DNA from: an uncultured bacterium
GTDB lineage: Bacteria; Cyanobacteriota; Vampirovibrionia; Gastranaerophilales; Gastranaerophilaceae
Length of the DNA: 64,000 bases
NCBI GenBank assembly: GCA_949286705.1
Contig: CASEDF010000006.1
Location: 181,809 to 245,808, forward strand
Direction of reading: 5' to 3'
The notes under the pieces are model-generated. The model had not been told where the DNA came from. It ran no database searches and saw only the letters and a program-made list of their open reading frames with translations. Both the position numbers and the translations under genes were made by a program. Shown here piece by piece: positions 8,691 through 17,688 of this stretch. Position 1 is the first letter of the stretch. Each line of letters starts with the position of its first letter.

Positions 8691-8779
8691 ACATTTATTG
8701 TTAAAGAAATTGAAGGCGCACGAATTACTAAACTTGAAATTATAAAAAAACTCCCGCTGCAGAACAGGTGCAAGAGTAA
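8691..8779 (+). pseudogene. Duplicated, frameshifted 3' fragment of the corC-like gene
   Basis: 89 nt nearly identical to 7113-7205 (TFIVKEIEGARITKLEIIK). A 4-nt deletion breaks the frame. ORF 8643..8849 is an artefact of this fragment. Confidence 0.85.
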
Positions 8780-8781
8780 CA

Positions 8782-9462
8782 TTAAAAACCAAAGGGGTAA
8801 TCTTCGGGAATTTTCCAATTATTTTTTGCGATTAATGCTGCACATGTAAGATGCCTGTTTCCGACACATTTTTCCATAAGCTGCTCATCTGTAGCGGTAT
8901 CATTATAATGCATTCCATAAGGAACAACCCCGCTATTGAAATTATATGCATGCAAGACAAATACAAATATATTTTTGCCATATTCATCAGATATAGCAAT
9001 ATCTTCAGGATTACCGGATCCCATAGCCGGATAATTTTTATAATACTTTTTTGTGTTGTAAATATAATAGAAATATCTTCCATAGCTAAACACAGCCATA
9101 TCACCTGATTGAAAATATATTCCGACTGTCAGATTTGAATCAACATGTTTGTTATCTGCAGGATTATAATAACCACACTCGTAATCTGTTGTTTTCAGAT
9201 ATGGTGCCAAATATTGCTCATAAAAACCACACGAATCATATCCGTAATCTTTCCAAAATCGTCTTTCGCCATTTTCAATTTCTGACAATTTTATCGCCTG
9301 ATTAATTGTGGAATAAAACCTTGCCATACCGCTTTCAAGCACTTTCTTTTTATAATTCGAAATTAAATTCGGTATTGTCAATGCCGCAACTATACCGATT
9401 ATTGCAAGGGTTATTAATACCTCGGCAAGTGTAAATGCTCTTTTCATACTATAGTTTGCCAT
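8782..9462 (-). CDS. Type IV pilin-like protein B
   Basis: 226 aa starting MANYSMKR-AFTLAEVLITLAIIGIVAALTIP. ATG lies 6 nt after a consensus -10. Confidence 0.8.
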   Translation of the reverse strand: MANYSMKRAFTLAEVLITLAIIGIVAALTIPNLISNYKKKVLESGMARFYSTINQAIKLSEIENGERRFWKDYGYDSCGFYEQYLAPYLKTTDYECGYYNPADNKHVDSNLTVGIYFQSGDMAVFSYGRYFYYIYNTKKYYKNYPAMGSGNPEDIAISDEYGKNIFVFVLHAYNFNSGVVPYGMHYNDTATDEQLMEKCVGNRHLTCAALIAKNNWKIPEDYPFGF

Positions 9463-9468
9463 ATTGAA

Positions 9469-9497
9469 ATTATAGTTTATTCCGACAATACTGTCAA
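9469..9497 (-). promoter_or_regulatory. Perfect sigma-70 consensus promoter, 6 nt upstream of pilin B ATG (leaderless mRNA predicted)
   Basis: Minus strand reads TTGACA (9497..9492) - 17 nt - TATAAT (9474..9469) - ttcaat - ATG (9462). Confidence 0.65.
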
Positions 9498-9515
9498 ATA
9501 GTACTCTATGATTAC

Positions 9516-9563
9516 TTAGAGGAGTCGCCCCCCCCCGAAATTTGAAAATATTTCTTTTCCCAT
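9516..9563 (-). other. SD-led mini-ORF containing a G9 tract (MGKEIFSNFGGGRLL*)
   Basis: AAGGAGA, then 8 nt, then ATG (9563..9561), then G9, then stop TAA at 9518..9516. Confidence 0.5.
9528..9536 (-). repeat. Homopolymer G9 (C9 on plus strand)
   Basis: Counted directly: gagtcg-ccccccccc-gaaattt. Confidence 0.95.
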
Positions 9564-9709
9564 ATGCGATTCTCCTTCTTTTATAAATTTATTATATCAC
9601 AAATCTACATCACTTTAATGATATTTTAATTAATTCCTCTTTTTAGTTGATGTAGCCAAGGCTATATTGTATAGAATAGAAATATATTAAACAATATTTG
9701 GGCGGATTA

Positions 9710-10537
9710 ATGAGTCAAGATTTCGATTTTACATCGTATAATAACATTAAGCGTTTATCGGAAGAAGAACTTACGGCACTTTGGGGGAAATACCTTGCCG
9801 ACAAAAGTGACAAAGCTTCACGAGATGCTTTAATTGTGCAATATATTTATTTAATCCGTTATGTCGTAGGCAGAGTCAGAGTAACGCTGCCCGCAACGAT
9901 TTCCATTGAAGATATAGCAGGCTACGGGGTGGAAGGACTTATAAACGCAATCGAAAGATACTCCCCGCAAAAAAATACCAGATTTGAAACTTATGCACTT
10001 ATCAGAATCAGAGGAGCAATCCTTGACAAAATTCGTTCACAGGATTTTCTTCCCAGAAGCGTAAGACAAAAAATTAAAACCGTTAAAGAAGCTCAGGAAT
10101 CTTTAAAACAGGAACTCGGCCGCATGCCGACCACAACCGAAATTGCAAACAAAATTGACATGGATCCCGAAAAAGTAAATCAACTTTTGTCGGAAGACGT
10201 TACAATTACATCTTTGTATGATAAAAAAGGTAACGCTGAAGACAGTGTGGAAATTATAGACACAATTCAGGATACAAACAAACTTAACCCGCAGGAAAAT
10301 GCCGAAGAAAATAATGTAAAACAGGAATTGGAGAGGGCTTTAATGAGATTACCGGAAAGAGAACGAATTATAATGGTTCTTTACTATCAGGAAAACATGA
10401 CACTTAAAGAGATCGGTGAAACCATCAGTATGTCAGAGTCCCGCGTATGCCAGTTGCATGCTCAAGCAATTATGAAATTAAAAAATATTCTCAGCGAAAA
10501 CCGTTCAAACCGCTTGCGCCAGTCAATTGTTGCTTAA
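9710..10537 (+). CDS. fliA: Flagellar sigma factor FliA/WhiG (sigma-28)
   Basis: Sigma-70 family regions 2-4 (YIYLIRYVVGRV, FETYALIRIRGAILD, LKEIGETISMSESRVCQLHAQA). Size fits the group 3 flagellar sigma. ATG at 9710 is inside ORF 9698..10537. Confidence 0.85.
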   Translation: MSQDFDFTSYNNIKRLSEEELTALWGKYLADKSDKASRDALIVQYIYLIRYVVGRVRVTLPATISIEDIAGYGVEGLINAIERYSPQKNTRFETYALIRIRGAILDKIRSQDFLPRSVRQKIKTVKEAQESLKQELGRMPTTTEIANKIDMDPEKVNQLLSEDVTITSLYDKKGNAEDSVEIIDTIQDTNKLNPQENAEENNVKQELERALMRLPERERIIMVLYYQENMTLKEIGETISMSESRVCQLHAQAIMKLKNILSENRSNRLRQSIVA

Positions 10538-11076
10538 CGCTCAGCCTGATAATCAATTATCACAAAATCAATCCTGTTATTCATCTGTGCATCTTTTGAA
10601 ACGCTGTCAACATACGGCATAAATTCACCATAACCGATACAATAAAGCCTTTCAGGCGAAATTTTCAGATACCGCATTAAATACATAGTAATGCTGTGTG
10701 CACGTGCCAGAGAAAGCTCCCAGTTAGCTTTAAAACTGGAAATCTCCGGATCCGCACTTTCTGTATGACCTTCAATAACACATGATTTATCTGTTTGCGC
10801 AAGAACTGCCCCTATTGAATTCAAAACGCATAACCCGTCGCGCTTAAGCTTTTCCTGCGCTTTATTAAAAAATACATTTTCATCAATGCTGACAATCAAT
10901 CCGCGGGGGACATAAGTAAAGTACATTGCACCATTTGGTTTTACTGTATTTCTAAACAATTCTTCAATCGCTTTCATTTCTGAAATATCGTACACGGCAA
11001 AACACTTTGGCGAATTTAAGCAAAACACACCCGCCACCATACATATAAAAACAATAATTTTGAAGGCATTCATCAA
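10534..11076 (-). CDS. OmpA/MotB-domain protein with signal peptide
   Basis: 180 aa. GHTES...NWELSLARAHSITMYL...GYGEFMP...NNRIDFVI is an OmpA-like peptidoglycan-binding domain. Confidence 0.7.
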   Translation of the reverse strand: MMNAFKIIVFICMVAGVFCLNSPKCFAVYDISEMKAIEELFRNTVKPNGAMYFTYVPRGLIVSIDENVFFNKAQEKLKRDGLCVLNSIGAVLAQTDKSCVIEGHTESADPEISSFKANWELSLARAHSITMYLMRYLKISPERLYCIGYGEFMPYVDSVSKDAQMNNRIDFVIIDYQAER

Positions 11077-11121
11077 AATTATTATTTAGCACCGGCTTGC
11101 TAAAATAATCCCCTGACAAGG

Positions 11122-12339
11122 TTAAGGCTTAATTATAGAAACGACATACCGGTCATTAAAATATTTATTGGCACATTCTTGAATTTGTTCAGGCGTAACT
11201 GCTTTGATTTTTTCTTTTGCTCTTTCATTAAAATCAAAACCAAGCCCGGTAATCGCATAATGCGCGTAAGTTGCCGCCTGCTGGTTATTATCTTCCTGAG
11301 AGAATGCCCATTTGCCTATAAGATTATTTTTAGCATTTTCAAGATCTTCTTCTGATACTAAAATGTTTTTAATTTTATCAATTTCTTCCTGAAAACCTTT
11401 CAAAGAAACTTCAATATTTTTAGGTTCAGTTGCTATATAAATTGAAAAATTAGCGCATAATCTTGCAACGTCATATGAACTTCTGACAACATAGGCAAGC
11501 CCTTTTTTATCTCTTAATTCCAAAAATAATCTTGAAGATAAACCTGACGCACCGAGAATTATATTCATCAAAGCAAGTACCGGATAGTCATTCTGGCTTG
11601 CCGTTTCTACCAGCCAACCTTGAATAATATGAGCCTGATTTGCATCCGGCTTAATTATTTCAACGGTTTTAGCTTCCTTCAAAATAGGAGGCTTAATTGC
11701 GGGCAGTTCATCTATTGATGACGGCAAATCGCCAAAATGTATATTCAGTTTATCTTGCACCTCTTCAAAATCTAAATCGCCTACAAAAGCAATCACTTTT
11801 CGGCTGTTATGCATAAAAGTATTATAACCTTTGAGAACATCATCTCTTGTCACATTCGGCAAATTCTCCGAAATCACGGTATTCGTATAACCATAATGAT
11901 GATTTGTATATAAATTTCTGTAGAAATTATCCACTACTCTGGCTCGGGGAGAATCCAACTGGGCTTGAATTTCACCTGACAGTTTTATTTTTTCCTTTTC
12001 AAAATCTTCAAACGTGGAATTTTTTATAATATCTTCAAAAATTTCAAGCGCCTTATCAAAATCCTCATTCAAACATACAAATTTTAATTTCAAATAATCC
12101 AGTTTTAATTCACTTGAGAATTCAATTGCATATCTGTCAAGTTCTTCAGACAGCTGTTCGGCAGATCTGTTTTTTGTACCCTGCATAAACAATCTTGTCA
12201 TCAAAGTATAATCACCGGGGTTAGGCACCGGATCATTCAATGATAAATTGAAACACAACGCAACTCGCGGGGTATTTTTATTACGTTTATATAAAACCTC
12301 AATGTCATTTTTTAGATTAAAAATTTGCTTATCCATCAC
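11122..12339 (-). CDS. Peptidase M16 (pitrilysin) family protein, probably non-catalytic
   Basis: 405 aa with two-lobed M16 architecture. The HxxEH position reads LMTRL, so no zinc motif. Confidence 0.75.
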   Translation of the reverse strand: MMDKQIFNLKNDIEVLYKRNKNTPRVALCFNLSLNDPVPNPGDYTLMTRLFMQGTKNRSAEQLSEELDRYAIEFSSELKLDYLKLKFVCLNEDFDKALEIFEDIIKNSTFEDFEKEKIKLSGEIQAQLDSPRARVVDNFYRNLYTNHHYGYTNTVISENLPNVTRDDVLKGYNTFMHNSRKVIAFVGDLDFEEVQDKLNIHFGDLPSSIDELPAIKPPILKEAKTVEIIKPDANQAHIIQGWLVETASQNDYPVLALMNIILGASGLSSRLFLELRDKKGLAYVVRSSYDVARLCANFSIYIATEPKNIEVSLKGFQEEIDKIKNILVSEEDLENAKNNLIGKWAFSQEDNNQQAATYAHYAITGLGFDFNERAKEKIKAVTPEQIQECANKYFNDRYVVSIIKP

Positions 12340-12447
12340 TCTCTCCTGGAATTTATAATATCATAAATCATAAACCTTTGCAATTTATATATATATTATG
12401 TAATACAACTTCTTGTAATAAAGTCATTTTTTTAATATAATATAAAT

Positions 12448-13272
12448 ATGGAAATAATAAAAAAACTCAAACTGAAAGATTTTGAAATCGGCGGGGATAA
12501 ATTAACTATCCTTGCAGGTCCCTGCGCTGCCGAAAGCATGGAGATTCTGGACGAAACCGCAAAAGGCTTAAAAGAAATAACAAAAAAATTGGATATTAAT
12601 TTTGTATTCAAATCATCTTTTGACAAGGCAAACCGTTCTTCTATAAATTCATACAGAGGACCCGGCTTAGAAAAAGGGCTTAAAATGCTTCAAACCATTA
12701 AGTCAAAATATGATATACCCATTGTGACTGATATCCACACACCGGATCAGGCGGAGCCTGTCAGTGAAGTTGCCGATATACTTCAAATTCCCGCTTTTTT
12801 ATGCAGACAGACAGATTTACTTATAGCTGCAGCAAAAACGGGTAAAATTGTAAACATTAAAAAGGGACAATTTTTAGCACCCGAGCAGATGGGCCCTCTG
12901 GTCAAAAAAGTTGAAGATTCCGGCAATAACAATATCTTACTTACCGACAGAGGCACCTCTTTCGGCTACAATAATTTAGTTGTAGATTTCAGAGCAATTC
13001 CTATAATGCTTGAATTCGGATACCCGATTGTATTTGACGCAACCCACAGTGTGCAGCTTCCTGGTGCAAACGGCACAAGCTCCGGCGGTGACAGAAGATT
13101 TGTACCTCCGCTTGCGAAAGCTGCTATGGCGGCAGGTGCCAATGCATTATTCTTTGAAGTTCATCCGGATCCTGACAAGGCTCTTTGTGACGGACCGAAT
13201 ATGATTGCATTAAAAGATGCTGAAGAACTTTTTAAACAATGTAAAGATATTTTTGAGATTGTGAGAAAATGA
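12448..13272 (+). CDS. kdsA: 3-deoxy-8-phosphooctulonate (KDO-8-P) synthase
   Basis: 274 aa with motifs LAGPCAAES, KSSFDKANRSS, VFDATHSVQLPG. Confidence 0.9.
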   Translation: MEIIKKLKLKDFEIGGDKLTILAGPCAAESMEILDETAKGLKEITKKLDINFVFKSSFDKANRSSINSYRGPGLEKGLKMLQTIKSKYDIPIVTDIHTPDQAEPVSEVADILQIPAFLCRQTDLLIAAAKTGKIVNIKKGQFLAPEQMGPLVKKVEDSGNNNILLTDRGTSFGYNNLVVDFRAIPIMLEFGYPIVFDATHSVQLPGANGTSSGGDRRFVPPLAKAAMAAGANALFFEVHPDPDKALCDGPNMIALKDAEELFKQCKDIFEIVRK

Positions 13273-13883
13273 TTATTAAAACATTTACGGCAGGTCCTAT
13301 TGATGCCAACAACTACCTTTTAATCGACGGGAATGAAGCTGTCTTAATTGACTGTTCCGAGGTTAAACACGAAATATTAAAAGAACTTGAGGGGAAAAAT
13401 TTAAAATATATTTTGCTCACTCACGGTCATTTTGACCATGTTTTAGGTATAAACGGCATGAAAGAAAAAACAGGGGCAAAAGTGCTTGTAAATAAAAATG
13501 ATGTTGCCAGAATGGAAGAATCCGCAAGTATTATGAAAACATTCGGCGTTCAAGGTGTTGAAACTCCGCATGCCGACGGGTTTATAAATGACGGTGATAT
13601 AATAGAATTCGGCAATACTAAAATCAAAGCATTTGCGACTCCAGGTCATACAGAAGGCGGCATGTGCTACCTTGTTGACGACAAACTTTTTTCGGGAGAT
13701 ACTTTATTTAAAGGTACTGTCGGAAGATGCGACCTTGCCGGCGGGAATTTAAAAAAGCTGTCAGACAGCGTGAATAACAAACTTTTCGCAATGGATGAAA
13801 ATATTACGGTCTATCCGGGACACGGCCCCGAAACAACTATAGCTTATGAAAAACAATATAATGAAATAAGAGGATTAATATGA
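13269..13883 (+). CDS. MBL-fold metallo-hydrolase (glyoxalase II-like)
   Basis: 204 aa with THGHFDH motif and later GHTEG and D..F.G. Confidence 0.8.
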   Translation: MIIKTFTAGPIDANNYLLIDGNEAVLIDCSEVKHEILKELEGKNLKYILLTHGHFDHVLGINGMKEKTGAKVLVNKNDVARMEESASIMKTFGVQGVETPHADGFINDGDIIEFGNTKIKAFATPGHTEGGMCYLVDDKLFSGDTLFKGTVGRCDLAGGNLKKLSDSVNNKLFAMDENITVYPGHGPETTIAYEKQYNEIRGLI

Positions 13884-14914
13884 AAACTCAACTGGAAAAT
13901 ATTTACAAAAATGCCGCACAAGATCTTGAAAAAGCTTCTTCAATCAGCGACATTGAAGAAATAAGAGGTAAATATTTAAGCCGTAAAGGCGAATTTAACG
14001 AAATAAAAAAAGGCTTAAAAGATTTGTCCGACGCGGATAAAAGAATAATCGGGTCTTTGGCAAATGAAATTACCCGAAAGCTTGAAGACGCTTTAAAAAG
14101 TAAATATGATGAGTTTTATAAAAAAGAGCTTAATGAAAAACTTGAAAAGGAAAAACTTGATGTAACTTTGCCGGGCAAATTCACACCCGTCGGGCACACA
14201 CATCCTATTACATCAACAACAAACGAAATTGTATCAATTTTTCAAACTCTTGGATTCTCGGTTGTAAGCGATGAGTTATCTCCAGAGGTGGAAACGGAAT
14301 ATTACAACTTTGATATGCTGAACGTTCCGAAAGACCATCCTGCACGTGATGTTCAAGATACTTTTTACACAAAACTTGCTAAAAATGTTGTGTTAAGAAG
14401 TCAGACGTCAGGCGCGCAAATTCACGCAATGGAAGGCAAAAATCCTCCGATAAGAGTTATTTCACCGGGCAGAGTTTACAGAAACGAAAACATTAATGCA
14501 CGCAAAAACAACTTTTTCCATCAAATTGAAGGCTTATACGTTGATAAAGGCATCACTTTCGGGGACTTAAAGGGTGTTTTAAACGAATTTATCAGAATCT
14601 ACTTCGGTGCAAGCCGTCCGACAAGGTTCAGAAGCAGCTTTTTCCCGTTCACGGAACCTTCTGCCGAAGTTGACGTACAATGTATTATGTGTGAAGGCAA
14701 AGGCTGCAGAACATGCTCCGGCACAGGCTGGCTGGAAATATTAGGCGCAGGCATGGTTGACCCGAATGTTTTACGCGGTGTCGGAATTGATCCGGATGTT
14801 TATTCTGGTTTTGCGTTCGGTATGGGCATTGAAAGACTTGCAATGCTAAAATACGCAATCGACGACATCAGATTATTCTTCAACGATGACGTAAGATTTT
14901 TGGAACAGTTCTAA
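13880..14914 (+). CDS. pheS: Phenylalanine--tRNA ligase alpha subunit
   Basis: 344 aa. HPARDVQDTFY, FRSSFFPFTEPSAEVD, GFAFGMGIERLAM class II motifs. Confidence 0.95.
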   Translation: MKTQLENIYKNAAQDLEKASSISDIEEIRGKYLSRKGEFNEIKKGLKDLSDADKRIIGSLANEITRKLEDALKSKYDEFYKKELNEKLEKEKLDVTLPGKFTPVGHTHPITSTTNEIVSIFQTLGFSVVSDELSPEVETEYYNFDMLNVPKDHPARDVQDTFYTKLAKNVVLRSQTSGAQIHAMEGKNPPIRVISPGRVYRNENINARKNNFFHQIEGLYVDKGITFGDLKGVLNEFIRIYFGASRPTRFRSSFFPFTEPSAEVDVQCIMCEGKGCRTCSGTGWLEILGAGMVDPNVLRGVGIDPDVYSGFAFGMGIERLAMLKYAIDDIRLFFNDDVRFLEQF

Positions 14915-14930
14915 CTATATTAAAATCATA

Positions 14931-15013
14931 ACAAATACCTTATAATTATTTTCTCGACGACGCTACCGCCTCCGGCTCCGCTATTGTCTCAAAAACAATT
15001 ATAAGGTATATGT
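14931..15013. repeat. Hairpin element copy A (conserved 38-nt apex on an 18+ bp stem)
   Basis: Stem ATACCTTATAATTATTTT / AAAACAATTATAAGGTAT. Apex CTCGACGACGCTACCGCCTCCGGCTCCGCTATTGTCTC. Lies between convergent pheS and the SIS gene. Confidence 0.8.
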
Positions 15014-15031
15014 TTATTCGCACAAACTTTA

Positions 15032-16087
15032 TTACTTAACCACTTTATCCAGCCCGTGGGGTTTATCGACGTTTCTGTGGAGTTTCATAGCCACCTCAAG
15101 CGCCAGAAGCTGAATCATTACAGCCACACAAAAATATTTAACAATTTTGCTTTCGCAATCAATGTTTATATTGAATGTTGAATTAATTTTTACGTTTTTA
15201 TTGCCGAGAATACAAATAGGCGGGCGATATTCCTCTTTAATTTTATTCAAATTTTTTGTCGCAATATAGCTTAAATCATCCACCAAAATATAAATAAGCA
15301 AGCCCTTATTATTCAAAACCGCCACATGCCCGTGCATAAATTCACCTAAAATGTGGGAGGTAACATTCAAATAAGATGTTTCTTTAATTTTCAACGCTGC
15401 TTCTTTTGCAAGCGCATAGGATATTCCGTCCGCACACACAACAATGTTTTTATATTTGGAAACAAATCTGCCGAGCGTTTTAATTTTCGGACGTAATTCA
15501 TAGGTTTTATCAATATATTGAGGAATAGATATTACTTCGTTAACGTAATTTTCAACATCAATACCCTTTAATTTTGCAAACTTTAAGGCAAGAAGGGTTA
15601 CGCACATCATCTGAGAAGTCAAGGATTTAGTTGCGGCAATGCTTCTTTCCACACCGGCATGGCAGCAAACCTTGTAGTCAGAAGCATTCCAAATTGTAGA
15701 ATCTTCTTTGTTCGTGATGCATAAGGTTCTGACACCGAATTGTTTTGCTTTAATCAAAGCTTTATTAGTATCCGAGGTTTCGCCTGATTGGGTTATAAAG
15801 ATATAGAGCATATTTTCGGCATGCGGAATAACAGCTTTAAGTAAAAATTCGCTGGAATAAATTGCACGCGCCTCAAGATTAGCAATACTGCCGAAAACAT
15901 CCGCGCCGTACCTTGCGCAATGATAGGAAGAACCGCTTGCGACAAAGACCACCTGTTCAATCCCTTGAGGAACATCTATCAGGATTTCCTCATTATCGCC
16001 GATATACGTATTTACAAGGTGTTCAAGGATTTTTGACTGTTCAAAAATCTCGCGTTCCATGCTGCTTTTTCTTTTTTTAAAAAACAT
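15032..16087 (-). CDS. SIS-domain sugar-phosphate isomerase/aminotransferase-like protein (GlmS isomerase-domain type, no glutaminase domain)
   Basis: 351 aa with two SIS repeats (VFVASGSSYHCA..., ITQSGETSDT, VVCADGISYALAKEAALK). Confidence 0.7.
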   Translation of the reverse strand: MFFKKRKSSMEREIFEQSKILEHLVNTYIGDNEEILIDVPQGIEQVVFVASGSSYHCARYGADVFGSIANLEARAIYSSEFLLKAVIPHAENMLYIFITQSGETSDTNKALIKAKQFGVRTLCITNKEDSTIWNASDYKVCCHAGVERSIAATKSLTSQMMCVTLLALKFAKLKGIDVENYVNEVISIPQYIDKTYELRPKIKTLGRFVSKYKNIVVCADGISYALAKEAALKIKETSYLNVTSHILGEFMHGHVAVLNNKGLLIYILVDDLSYIATKNLNKIKEEYRPPICILGNKNVKINSTFNINIDCESKIVKYFCVAVMIQLLALEVAMKLHRNVDKPHGLDKVVK

Positions 16088-16122
16088 ATTTACCTCGGAA
16101 AATCTTTCGTTGGTGCCTATTA

Positions 16123-17565
16123 TTATCCTAAAATTTCTTTTAACAATTCGTTAACCGCTTTCGGGTTAGCTCTGCCTTTTGTTTCTTTCATAACCTGACC
16201 CACAAAGAAGCCTAAAAGCTGAACTTTACCGTTTCTGTAAGCTGTTACCTGATCAGGATTTGCATCAACAACTTTTTGAGCAATTGCTTTTATTGCTCCT
16301 TCATCACTAATCTGGCTTAAACCTTTTTCTTCAACGATTTGAGAAGCTTTTTTGCCTTCTTTCATCATATCAAAAATAATTTGTTTACCGATATTATTTG
16401 AAATTGTATTTTTTTCGATCAAAGAAATCAACTCGGCAAGATTTTCAGGAGTTAATTTTGTTTCGTTAATCTCAAGTTTTTCTTCTTTTAAATATGCTGC
16501 AATTTCGCCCATCATAAAGTTGACGGCAATTTTCGGAGTTGCACCGAGCTTCAGCACTTCATCAAAGAAAAGTGCAAGCCCCATCTGTTCAACGATAACG
16601 TTTGCATCATACTCACTTAAGCCCAAATCCATATAGCGTTTGCGTTTTGCAGACGGCAATTCGGGCATTTTTGATCTGATTTCTTCAACCCATTCTCTTG
16701 AAATTTCTAACGGCATCAAGTCAGGCTCAGGAAAATATCTATAATCATGTGCATCTTCTTTGCCGCGCATTGAACGGGTTTCGCGTGAATTGTCATCCCA
16801 GAGTCTTGTTTCTTGAACAACTTTTCCGCCTTCTTCGACAATTTCAATTTGTCTGTCTATTTCGTATTCAATAGCTCTTTGAAGTGCCGAAAAACTGTTT
16901 ACGTTCTTAATTTCAGCACGTGTGCCGAATTCTTTTGAACCTTTCGGCATAATAGAGATATTGGCATCGCATCTCATGGAGCCTTCTTCAAGGTTACCGT
17001 CGCATACACCTATATATCTTACGATATTACGCAATTCTTCCATATAAGCTCTTGCCTCATCTGAACTTCTCATATCAGGTTCGGATACGATTTCCAAAAG
17101 AGGAGTTCCTGCACGGTTCAGGTCAACAAGAGAATAGCTGGAACCTGCAAGTCCGTCAGCACCTGCATGAACGAGTTTCCCTGCATCTTCTTCCAAATGC
17201 GCACGGGTAATTCCTATTCTTTTTCCGTTTATATCAATGTGACCGTTTACGCAAATCGGTTCATCGTATTGAGAGATTTGATACCCCTTCGGCAAATCAG
17301 GGTAGAAGTATTGTTTTCTGTCGAATTTGCAGCGGGAAGGAATTTCGCAATTCAAGGCAAGCCCTGTTAAAATTCCCATATTGACGGCTTCTTTATTCAA
17401 AACCGGCAAAACACCCGGCATACCAAGGGTAATCGGACTGATTTCGGTATTTTGTTCTTTACCGAATTCCGTACCGTCCGGTGCAAATATCTTTGATTTG
17501 GTCTTTAACTGCGCGTGAACTTCCAAACCTATAACTACTTCATACTTATCTCTCAAATTTTCCAT
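16123..17565 (-). CDS. gatB: Asp/Glu-tRNA amidotransferase subunit B
   Basis: 480 aa with [19 protein letters not shown] and a C-terminal GatB_Yqey domain. Confidence 0.95.
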   Translation of the reverse strand: MENLRDKYEVVIGLEVHAQLKTKSKIFAPDGTEFGKEQNTEISPITLGMPGVLPVLNKEAVNMGILTGLALNCEIPSRCKFDRKQYFYPDLPKGYQISQYDEPICVNGHIDINGKRIGITRAHLEEDAGKLVHAGADGLAGSSYSLVDLNRAGTPLLEIVSEPDMRSSDEARAYMEELRNIVRYIGVCDGNLEEGSMRCDANISIMPKGSKEFGTRAEIKNVNSFSALQRAIEYEIDRQIEIVEEGGKVVQETRLWDDNSRETRSMRGKEDAHDYRYFPEPDLMPLEISREWVEEIRSKMPELPSAKRKRYMDLGLSEYDANVIVEQMGLALFFDEVLKLGATPKIAVNFMMGEIAAYLKEEKLEINETKLTPENLAELISLIEKNTISNNIGKQIIFDMMKEGKKASQIVEEKGLSQISDEGAIKAIAQKVVDANPDQVTAYRNGKVQLLGFFVGQVMKETKGRANPKAVNELLKEILG

Positions 17566-17613
17566 TATCTTCTCCTTATCGTATGATAATTATAGCATAA
17601 AAAAACATAAAAA

Positions 17614-17686
17614 ATAAAGATATAAGGTTTCGAAACAATAGCGAAGCCGGAGGCGGGAGCGTCGTTGAGAAACTTTATATCTTTAT
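17614..17686. repeat. Hairpin element copy B (inverted orientation); also the terminator of the XRE gene
   Basis: Stem ATAAAGATATAAGGTTTC / GAAACTTTATATCTTTAT around an apex homologous to copy A. On the minus strand it is followed by tttttatgttttttt. Confidence 0.8.
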
Positions 17687-17688
17687 AA

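Noticed and set aside
8643-8849. 68-aa ORF on the plus strand
   Set aside because: It is an artefact of the duplicated, frameshifted corC-like 3' fragment (8691-8779) and runs antisense into pilin gene B.
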